This document shows, one piece after another, positions 53,911-64,000 of a stretch of DNA of 64,000 bases (positions are counted from its first letter, which is position 1; each line of letters opens with the position of its first letter). Both the position numbers and the translations under genes were made by a program. This stretch comes from Octopus sinensis (taxonomy: Eukaryota), in the NCBI RefSeq assembly GCF_006345805.1, contig NC_042998.1:10292001-10356000 (forward strand), written 5' to 3'. The notes under the pieces were generated by a model. The model had not been told where the DNA came from, searched no databases, and worked only from the letters and a program-made list of their open reading frames with translations.

Positions 53911-55339
53911 AATATATATATATATATATCGTCGGCTCCAGCTCGTATCCAAGCATTTGGTTCATCAGTTTCCATCTAGTCTCCTCGGCTGATGTTTGTG
54001 CCAAAAGTAACTTTGGAGTCCAAGTCGGTGGTGAAAGAATCGTGGGTAGAAGTCGCATGGGGCTTACTTGCCATCTTTAATCGCACTCCCTTCGCAATAT
54101 CCTCTCACTTATATTATGGCATTTGAACCTCAAAGGTATGCCCTGGCACTTGTCACTCTCTATATCTCTCTCTTCCTTTACTCAATCATTCCATTTATAC
54201 TCTGATCCCCATTCCTTGTGAGTATCCCCGGCATTTTGCCACCATCTCCATCCTGCAGTCTCCCACTCTCTCTCCTTCTCCTGCGCTTCCCTCAGGTTGG
54301 GCAACCTTGTATTTTCTTTGTGGTAGCACACCTGTTTCTGTCTTCATTCCTGATCTTCTCTCTCTGGCCGGGTTACCTTGAACTTCCTCTACAACAAGAC
54401 ACCTACATCTGTTCCATTATAACCTTTACATCATCTCCACCTCCAATGCCTTCTCCCCTCTTAAAAGTTTTGTCTTGAAAGTACTTGGAGACCCTGCCAG
54501 TGCAGGTGCCACTTAAAAGCACCCAATCCACACTGTAAAGTGGTTGGTATTTGGAAGGGCATCCAGCTGTAAAACCCTTGCCAAAACTGACCTCACCTGT
54601 GCTTGTGCCACGTAAAAAGCACTACTCACCTCACCTGTGCTTGTACTACATAAAAAGTGATAAGTCCACTCTCCTGAGTGGTTGGTATTACGAAGGGCAT
54701 CCAGCTATAAAAATCCTGCCAAAACAGTCACAGAAGTCTCGTGAAGGTTTTGGCCTGGCCTGCTCTTGTGGTACTGTCCCACCTATGCTATCATGGAACA
54801 CGGACTTTAAATGATGATGATGATTATATAGTAAAGTGAGTAGCCTCATCAAAGTGGCAGCTGAATGTTAACTCTAGTTTAACCCAGGCAGATTCTCCAC
54901 CAGCTGGTTTTTGGTGCAATGTTCTGCACCCTTTTATATACAATACATTACTAGCAGGGGGAGTGAATCCCTACTACCCTCCAGCAGCTAACAGGATCGT
55001 GGGACTGGCCCAGTTTTGAGCTATTTGGCTCATCCTTAGCCATGCGCATTTGTACACTGGAGTGATAAAATCTTTATTATAATCATACGATTTTACATAG
55101 ACTTGGACATAACAAGACAAACAATTACAAAGAATGTTATGAGAGTTCGAATGAAGCTTAAAAATTTAGTTATAATATGACATAAACGAAGTCTTGGCTT
55201 ACTTCTGCCTTTAAACGAATCATTGGCTTACTTTTGCCTTTATAACGAGAACTTTAGTGCGTTTAAAAAATTTTTTTTTTGTTTTTATTAACATTAGAAA
55301 ACATAACATATCTTAAAAGGAAAAGAGGGAGAAGTGCAG

Positions 55340-55853
55340 GTTCTGAATTTTGAACCCGGCAGCCTTTGCCATATCCTGAACGCCTTACTTCCCTGGGCAT
55401 GGACACATTGAAACTCCGATGTCTGGCAGCTGACTTGGCAGACATCCATAAAATTATCAACCATCTTACTAACAATAACTCTGAGCGCCTCTTCAAACTC
55501 CACCCGTCTAACACCCGTGGACATATTTACAAAGTAAGAAAGCAGCACAGCTCCCATGACTTTCGGAAACATTTTTTCACACTGAGAGTTGCTAAAGCAT
55601 GGAACAAACTACCGGCGTCAGTTGTTAGTTGTCGGAGCACTGCATCCTTCAAAACTTCCGTGCTTTCTGAGATTTGCCAACACTACGCCTGATTTTCTCC
55701 CCTCCATACACACACAAGCATGTATCTGACTCATACACTGTTCACTTTCCAGACATTTCTACATTACTGCATGTACTTTATATGCACTTTCTGACAAGTT
55801 GTGGTGCACCTGAGCACTGTATACAATAATTTCATTATTATTATTATTATTAT
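55340..55853 (+). mobile_element. CR1-type LINE 3' end with (ATT)n tail
   Basis: Track ORF YPERLTSLGMDTLKLR...NTRGHIYKV...FFTLRVAKAWNKLP. Confidence 0.85.
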
Positions 55854-56201
55854 AAGGCCCAGCAACTAATATTTCCTTTCTTCAATGATTAAGCTGGGTT
55901 ATTAACACCCACCTTTCTCATCACATCCTTCCAACATTTCACATACTCTTTCTGTGGCAAGCTCCTCTTCTCCAACCCCATCTTGCTCTTCAGATGATAT
56001 CTGAAGTAGTTTAACAAACTGGGGCCAGAGACAAAGGACCCTGTCACTAAACCTTCCATTCTGGTTCTCGTACACTGAAGTGAAACTAAGATATGCCTCT
56101 ACTAGTGCTATATTGTAAACGAAGTGATCATCAGTCACTGATTTGCAACAAGCAAAAAAGCTAGTTATAAAATCCCAAGAAGAGATAGAGCAGTAATGTG
56201 T

Positions 56202-56387
56202 ACTAAACAGTAAAGCGAGTAGCCACATCAAAGTAGTAGTTGAATGTTACTACCAGTTTAATTCCAGGCAGCTACTAGAGGGTTGAACACTGCCCCGAAA
56301 ACCAGCTGGTGGAGAATCTGCTTGGGGTTAAACTAGTAGTAACATTCAACTGCCATTTTGATGTGGCTACTCGCTTTACTGTTTAGT
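56202..56387. mobile_element. MITE-like element with ~70-bp imperfect TIRs (related partial copy near 54831-54920)
   Basis: ACTAAACAGTAAAGCGAGTAGCCACATCAAA at the left and TTTGATGTGGCTACTCGCTTTACTGTTTAGT at the right. Confidence 0.7.
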
Positions 56388-56469
56388 GTATGTTACCATT
56401 CTATCTCTGCTTCAGATTTTAATACTAGCTAGTTTGCTTATATGTATATATACATATATATATATAGTG

Positions 56470-56978
56470 AAAATCAAAATCAAAATCAAAATCAAAATCA
56501 AAATCAAAATCAAACCAAATCAAATCCGATATCAGAAAGCAGAACCAAAATCGAAGTCGATCAACATCAATGGAAATTGCAGCTGTGGTACCAGTGCCGG
56601 TGACAAGTAAGCGAACCATCCGATCGTGGCCGTTGCCAGCGCCGCCCGGACTGGCCTCCGTGCCGGTGGCACGTAAAAGCACCATCCGTTCGTGGCCATT
56701 GCCAGCCTCGCCTGGCCTCCGTGCCAGTGGCACGTAAAAAGCACCATCCGTCCGTGGCCGTTTGCCAGCTCCGTCTGGCACCTGTACAGGTGGCACGTAA
56801 AAGCACCCACTACACTCACGGAGTGGTTGGCATTAGGAAGGGCATCCAGCCAGTAGAGAAACACTGCCAGATCAGACTGGGCCTGATGCAGCCTTCTGGC
56901 TTCACAGACCCCAGTTGAACCGTCAACCCATGCTAGCATGGAAAGAGGATGCTAAATGATGATGATGATGATGATGAT
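56470..56978 (+). mobile_element. RTE 3' UTR copy with expanded (AAAATC)n and 61-63-bp units
   Basis: Conserved terminus and (GAT)n tail. Confidence 0.85.
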
Positions 56979-57708
56979 ATATATATATATATATATATAT
57001 AATTGAAAAATAGGATAAAATCTTTATAAGAATTTATCAAGTAGTTATCGTGAAAAAACCTCATAAAGGAAAAATCCACCAATTTTCCCTCTTAAATATA
57101 TTTATTTATATTAAGGGCATTACTATATCTAAATGCCTCATGCTAGGAGACACCCTTAAAGTCAAAACTACCGAAATAAATGAGCATATTGTACTGAATA
57201 CGAGGGAATGCAACTCACGAAGAGAGCATTTTAAAAACAGAATATACATATATATATATATATGTAAAGTTAATCCAAACATGAAAGCACAAAGAGAAAA
57301 CACAACAACGCGAGGACACGGAACAAGTATAGCGTTATTGGAAGCTCTGGAAAAGAAAGAAAGAAGGAAGATTTAACGTTTTGAGCGGAGCTCTTCATCA
57401 GAAACATAGAAAAAGGAAAGATCCAAGGAAAGGAAGATGGAGGAAAAAAAATCGCCAACAATTATATATATATTATATATATATTATATTTATATATTGT
57501 ATATTTATATATATGGCTGTGTGGTTAGGGAGCTTGCTTCCTAGCTACATGGTTTCAGGTTCAGTCCCACTGCGTGGCACTTTGGGTAGGTGTCTTCCAC
57601 TATAGCTCCGAGCTGACAGGAGCTTTGTGATTGAATTCGGTAGGTGGAAGTTACTGCCGTGTGTGTATGTGTGCGTATAGCTGCTCAGTGCCTCTCCGAA
57701 AGAGAGAG

Positions 57709-57749
<41 letters not shown>

Positions 57750-57957
57750 TCAGTAGTATCAGTGCCAAGCTGTATTTAATCATAAGCAAACTTTAGGTTA
57801 GTTAAAATATGTTTGTGACATGTTTCAATTTTGAAAGGCAAATTCACTGTTTTAACACCTTTTCCATAAGAAATAATTTTTTTCTCCATGGCAATTGAAA
57901 TATATTACAAATATATTTTAACTAACTTAAGTTTGCTTATATATATATATATATATA

Positions 57958-58169
57958 GTGACGTATATTTGCCATTTGAATATGGCTAACCCCTAAGGGT
58001 GGATGCTACTGTAGTTGTAGCCTCAGGAGGACACCTCCTCCAGCTGGCTATAGACACACTTTCTGTGCTCTATCAGTATTTGTGAAGGGAAGTGTCTTCC
58101 TGGGGCTACAAACTACAGTAGCATCCACCCTTAGGGGTTAGCCATATTCAAATGGCAAATATACGTCAC
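57958..58169. mobile_element. 212-bp MITE/foldback with ~77-bp TIRs
   Basis: 57958-58034 pairs with 58092-58169, with two G:T pairs and one 1-nt bulge. Confidence 0.85.
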
Positions 58170-58425
58170 GATGTGTTGCCGCTACTGTTTATAACTCGCT
58201 CTGAGATTTATCATTATATATATATAACAAGATGCAGCACGGATTTTTGTCAGTGAACAGGTCGCGGATTTTAGCGACGAAAATATTTTGACAAATTAAA
58301 CTTAAATGTTGGAGTGAATCGAACGGCTTTTGTGTGTTTCTTAAATGGCTTATAAACACCTTCCACGCTGCAATTGTTTTCGTTTCAGCACACGATCTCA
58401 GATCAAATTACTTGCTATGCGAATA

Positions 58426-58463
<38 letters not shown>

Positions 58464-58501
58464 AATATATATATATATATATACACACACACATATAAAT
58501 A

Positions 58502-59695
58502 TATCAGGTTGTAACAGAAGTTCTGTCTATTTTTTTTTTAAAGTAAATATCTTGTTAGATTTACAGATGTTAAACTTCTCAACTGTATTTGAAATACAAT
58601 GAAATCAGCAATCTATCATTTTGCTTTCAGATTCTATCAGTTTTATCATAAATGAGCTTGTTGCATTGATTCCATGCTCGCTCCAAGCAAAGAACATATT
58701 CAACATGTTATTTTTTATGAATTTCAAAAAGGAAATAGTGCAAGTGTAGCAACAAAATCACTCCAAAAATGCTTATGGTGATGATGTAATGACTGAAAGA
58801 ACTTGCAGAAGATGGTTTTCACCATTCAGAAATGGGGAACTACAGCCTGCAAGATAAGTCAAGAGAAGGACACCCTGGAGGTTTGAAGCCTGATGCAATG
58901 GAAGCCACTACTGAAGCAAATCCAACTGTTACAGTTCAAGAACTAAGTATGGTCTTTGACATGAACTATATCACCATTCATCACAAATTGAAAAGGCTTT
59001 GTAAAGTATGAAAGGCTGGAAAATGGGCCCTATATGGTCTCTCTGCAGACAATCACAAACAGTGTATTGACTGCTGTGCATCATTGCAATCTTGTGAGCT
59101 GCAATTGCCTTTTTTGAGTAGAGTCATTACTGAAGATGAAGATTGGATACTTTAGGATAATGTTAAGTGAAGACTTTAGTGGCTCGGTCATGGTGAAGAG
59201 CCAAATCAGTAGTTCAGAAGTGGCCCGCATCCAAGGAAACTCTGGTGGAAGTCCGAAGCGCCTCTGACGTGCAAATCGATCATTGGTACCGGGTGTAGTG
59301 GCGAAAGAGCAATCGAGCCATCTAGTAGCTGGTTCCCTCCAAAGTTTCCCTCAGGATAGCTGGCACCTGTGGGAGAACAGTGGGATATGCTTGGAATAAT
59401 TAAATCAAGAGCTGCTAGATGGTAGTCAAACAGTAACAGCCAATGTATACTGTCAAAGCTAACACATTTGAAAGTAGATTTGCAGCAGAAAGGTCCATCA
59501 TTAACAAAGAGAAAAGGGATCATCCTTCATCATGACAATGCTAGACTTCACACTGCACAGAGACCAAAGATCTCCCGGAAAAATATGCCTGGGAAATTAT
59601 GCATCATCCACCACGTTCTCCAGACATTGCACCTACAGACTACCATCTCTTTAGGAGTTTACAAAACCATTTGAGTGGACTCAGACTCACTTTAA
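58502..59695 (+). mobile_element. Decayed mariner (DD34D) transposon
   Basis: KEHIQHVIFYEFQKGNSAS, TCRRWF, VITEDEDWIL, HPRK, WDMLGII, IILHHDNARLH and HPPRSPDIAPTDYHLFRSLQNHL, with many stops. Confidence 0.92.
59234..59366 (+). rRNA. 28S (LSU) rRNA fragment (pseudogene) embedded in the mariner
   Basis: AGGAAACTCTGGTGGAAGTCCG...CTGACGTGCAAATCGATC...GGCGAAAG...CCATCTAGTAGCTGGTTCCCTCCAAAGTTTCCCTCAGGATAGCTGGC closely matches a conserved eukaryotic LSU core segment that I recognise. Confidence 0.92.
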
Positions 59696-59742
59696 GAGCA
59701 TACAATAAACACATATGCACACACACACAGACAGACAGACAC

Positions 59743-60395
59743 GGATCTTTTCCTTTTGAACGGCAGATGTCAACACAATTTCTAGTTAACTAAACACTTT
59801 TAAACTTCGTATACTGGTAGAATGTGTTTATAAAACATCTTTTTCTCTTGGTTCTTTTGAGAAAATTCTATAGTTTCTGATATTTCGTCTGAAAATCCGA
59901 GCATTTCAGCAATTTTAACCAATCGATTACCTCCATTTAACTAAAATCATTTGCTGCGTCTAAAACTGAGACAACATCCTGTAACTAACCCTAAACCTCC
60001 CCCCTAACCCTAACCCTAACCCTAACCCTAATTTTTTTTTCTTAATTGTTTAATTCTTTAATTCCATTGCTTTAGTTTCTTTTACACGCGTAACAATTAA
60101 ATTAATTTAACAATTAAGAAAAAATAATTTAGGGTTAGGGTTAGGTTAGGGGGGAGGTTTAGGGTTAGTTACAGGATGTCTCAGTTTTAGACGCAGCAAA
60201 TGATTTTAGCTCAAAAGAGAGCATTAGGATTGGTTAAAATTCGAAAAATTAAACTACGTTAAAGAAACAAATTACAATTTTCTCAAGAAAGCCAAGAGAA
60301 AGAAAATGTTTTATTTTGACACATTCTACCAGTATACGAAGTTTTAAAGTGTTTAGTTAACTAGAAATTGTCTGCCGTTCAAAAGGAAAAGATCC
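59743..60395. mobile_element. ~650-bp palindromic foldback element with internal (CCCTAA)5 and TTAGGG repeats
   Basis: Ends GGATCTTTTCCTTTTGAACGGCAGA and TCTGCCGTTCAAAAGGAAAAGATCC. The arms stay imperfectly complementary almost to the centre. Confidence 0.85.
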
Positions 60396-60910
60396 TCACA
60401 CACACACACACACACACAAGCTCAAGTTTCATCTCTATTGTGGTAATTATCATAAGGCGGAAAGTTATATCTGGTAGGTGGTATTGTTGCCTTTTATACA
60501 TACACAAGGTCATGCTGTGGTCATCACAGAATGAAAGTGAACCAAAGAAAAACTTACTAAAAGAGAAAGCGAATCATACTAAAATAGCAATTCTATGTGT
60601 ATAGGTGTAATGCAGGATGTTCAAAAGATATTAAGTTTAAGGGCTGAAGTCATTGTGGACAGCTTGTCAGACTCTATACAAAGACGAAAAATTGGAATTT
60701 TCTATGTCGCGGACGTGAGGAAACGCTCAGAAATCGAAATTTAAAGTCTTAACATATAAAAACGTTATTGAGGACGGGTTGTCTCCCCTGAACCAGAGGA
60801 TGAAACAACCAGATCCGAAAAAGCCAAACCAGCAAATACGAAATAATCAGAAGCCACAAATGGTTTCTACAAATAGAAGCCAAAGGTCATAATGCCTAGA
60901 GTTGTCTCCA

Positions 60911-61305
60911 TGGCTGTGTGGTAAGTAGCTTGCTTACCAGCCACATGGTTCCGGGTTCAGTCCCACTGCGTGGCACCTTGGGCAAGTGTCTTCTACTATA
61001 GCCTCGGGCCGACCAAAGCCTTGTGAGTGGATTTGGTAGACAGAAACTGAAAGAAGCCCGTCGTATATATGTATATGCATATATATGTGTGTGTGTGTGT
61101 TTGTATGTTTGTGTTTGTCCCCCCAACATCGCTTGACAACCGATGCTGGTGTGTTTACTTAGCGGTTTGGCAAAATAGACCGATAGAATAAGTACTAGAC
61201 TTACAAAGAATAAGTCCTGGGGTCGATTTGCTCGACTAAAGGCGGTGCTCCAGCATGGCTGCAGTCAAATGACCGAAACAAGTAAAAGAGTAAAAGAGTA
61301 AGAGA
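60911..61305 (+). mobile_element. SINE family A
   Basis: Similarity to other copies. Confidence 0.85.
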
Positions 61306-61319
61306 GATAACTACCCGTC

Positions 61320-61595
61320 CATCTTTTCTTTTTACTATTCCCATGAGTGTTTTGGGGGTAGATTCCTCAGGCACCTCCTCCATAAAGTCCTGTCAGAAGC
61401 AACAATCGTTGCCCTTTTCAGCTGGATTCCCAAGAATAATTGACTGAGACTATGGATACTATCCAGCCATTTTATTCTTGGTCAACCCCAAGGTCTCCAG
61501 CTGGATGGTTTGGCTTGAAGAAAATCTGTTTGTGCAAATGGATTTGCACCATCATGAGATAGAGTTAATCCATTGTTGAAGAACAATGATGCATG
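61320..61595 (-). mobile_element. Old RTE-like LINE 3' end
   Basis: Minus frame reads SWRPWG*PRIKWLDSIH...ASDRTLWRR, like RTE 'RGRPR.RWLD...A.DR..WR'. Confidence 0.55.
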
Positions 61596-62175
61596 TGGTA
61601 AGTAGCTTGTTTACCACACAGCCACTCCTGTGCCTATATATATATATTCATTACTTTTTGCAGTGTTTGCCAATATATTATCTGTAACTTGTTGAAAGAT
61701 ACAGTACATAAATTGAAGATAGATGGGAACATGAGGATGAATCAGATAACAAGGGTATCATATTTCAGGATAAATCATTTGGTCGATAGGGCACTGAAGA
61801 ACCAGTCCACAAATAAGTGATTTATACTGACATGGCACCATGGCACAATAAATGTCAATAGTCAAATCCTTGTAGCTCTTGATAGGTACTAAGGGTGGTA
61901 TAATTCTGGTACAATTCATGATTGTAAGCAGTGGTGGCCAATTTTTGGAACTGGTAATAAATGTATTGGCTTGCAAAGCTGAGATCATCTTTAGCCAATG
62001 TCCTCATTCAAGGAAGGATTTTTTTCTCTCATTCATTTATTTTTATGTAATAAAAAAGCAAACAACACCTCATGCATCATTGTTCTTCAACAATGGATTA
62101 ACTCTATCTCATGATGGTGCAAATCCATTTGCACAAACAGATTTTCTTCAAGCCAAACCATCCAGCTGGAGACCT
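61491..62175. repeat. Perfect 105-bp inverted duplication (61491-61595 and 62071-62175)
   Basis: Base-by-base check shows an exact reverse complement. Confidence 0.95.
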
Positions 62176-62606
62176 AAAAATGCTTATATAGTTATTTCCC
62201 TTACAAACCCGAGCAACGCCGGGCGATACTGCTAGTTATATATAAAAGTGAAGTTGTGTGTCTGTCTCCTACGATTTAGATTCCTAACTACTCCCACATT
62301 TTGCGGTGCAGTTTAACCAAAACCGGGTATCTTATAGTCGTGATTCATATCGAGCCCTTCTGGGTATTAGCGCATGTCTACAATGAGTCTACAATTAAAA
62401 AAAAAATTACCATCATTTTTTCCATTTTAATGCATTTTTTCGCTATTATATAAGGGAAGTAACTCTCTAAAAATGTCTACAATGAGTTAACGATTTAAAA
62501 AAATATTTACCATAAGTTTTTTGCTATTTTTTGGCTATAAGTCTCTAAAAATGCTTATATAGTTATTTCCCTTACAAACCCGAGCAATGCCGGGCGATAC
62601 TGCTAG
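62174..62606 (+). mobile_element. Head-to-tail Helitron-like tandem (3' stub 62174-62235 plus near-full copy 62236-62606)
   Basis: The hairpin plus CTAG terminus occurs twice, and the second copy starts immediately after the first CTAG. Confidence 0.8.
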
Positions 62607-63607
62607 TTTCTGATATAACTGAAATTATATTGTTTACAACTTGCTTGTAACCATGTTGCATAAATTGAAAATAAATTAAAGATAAATGGTTGTTGAATTA
62701 CATTAACAACAATTATTTCCAAGCAGTTTTCAAATTGTTTTTAGTGTATAAAGAAGCTAAGAATAGGTGCTAAAAATACACCGGAAATATGATACACATT
62801 GTCTATTATTATCAATAACTATCTCATCTTATCAGTAGTAATTCATTATGCAAAATCAGGTACAACATAAAATAGCCGTCAACCATTATGGCTTCTATTT
62901 TTTGAGGTGAAACATGAAACACAAATTTCAAACTGGAAGAATTTAACCGAATAAAATTCATTTGATAAAATTTAGTCAAAACCTGCAAGAAATCAAAAAT
63001 TATATATAATAAGCATAATAATATTATTAATACCTTAATATATAACACACACATACACACATGCACGTGTGCACACACACAGACACACATGCACACAAAT
63101 ATGCACACATACATATGCACAAACATGCACACAAATATGTACACAAGCACACACACACACACACACAGAGACACAGACACACACTCACACATATATTGCA
63201 CACTGTAAAGTGTTTAGCACTAGGAAGAGCTTCCAGCTATGGAAACCATGCTAAGGGTAACACTGGAGTTTGACACAGTCCTGCAGCTTGCCAGATCCTG
63301 TTATACTGCCCAATCCATACCAACATGGAAAATGGATGTTAAATGATGATAAATATATATATATATATCAGTCGCCATGATAGATCGTTAGGCGCTACAC
63401 ACATTTTTTTCTCTCCTTGTTTTTTCTGTGTCCCTTTCTCTAGAAGAGCATAGGCTCGAAATGTAAAAGACTTTTTCTATTCCTGAGCGTTATACTAATA
63501 CATCTGTTTGTTTTGTACAACTGCCTTCGTCTTTTGTTTTTTTGTAAACTCTCCCTAAACGGTTTATTGAATTTTAACGGTAAACATAGGATAATTCATT
63601 CATCCAT

Positions 63608-63609
<2 letters not shown>

Positions 63610-63664
<55 letters not shown>

Positions 63665-63683
63665 AGTAAGATTATTATGTATG

Positions 63684-63762
<79 letters not shown>

Positions 63763-63772
63763 GGTATATATA

Positions 63773-63827
<55 letters not shown>

Positions 63828-63845
63828 ATATATATATTATATAAA
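63610..63845. repeat. (TA)n/(TATG)n microsatellite
   Basis: Direct reading. Confidence 0.95.
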
Positions 63846-64000
63846 ATAATAATAATGATAATAATTAACAGAATAATATAAAAAATTCAAGGCTGTGAAT
63901 AGTTTTCAGAACATTTATAAGGAGAAGTCTTACAGCTGTTTCCAGGATATTTTATATATCCCTTCATGAGAGATAGTGTAAGAAAATGTTTAAGTAATAA

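Noticed and set aside
60002-60151. Telomere fusion scar or chromosome end
   Set aside because: The repeats are short, lie inside a palindromic element, and are in the CCCTAA-then-TTAGGG order, opposite to a fusion.

Overview
AT-rich (roughly two-thirds A+T by eye), repeat-saturated eukaryotic DNA. The repeat families match those I recall from octopus (coleoid cephalopod) genomes; the species is not determinable here. Almost all ORFs in the supplied track are microsatellite, SINE or LINE-tail read-throughs, and I could not identify a host protein-coding gene with confidence. Supported content: four tRNA-derived SINE families in many copies; about 11 truncated RTE 3' UTR copies carrying a 61-68 bp internal minisatellite; a 5'-truncated RTE LINE; the 5' half of a CR1-type LINE; decayed hAT and mariner transposases; non-autonomous Helitron-like elements; several MITE/foldback hairpins; and a CpG-rich promoter-like island at about 41.4-45.3 kb. 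The most unusual observations are a 133-bp 28S rRNA segment inside the mariner transposase, a perfect 105-bp inverted duplication that looks like inversion breakpoints, a foldback element with inverted TTAGGG repeats, and a LINE 3' end encoding three tandem C2H2 fingers. All translations and family assignments were made by eye from recalled motifs with no database search. Repeat boundaries are approximate (within tens of bp) unless stated as exact.
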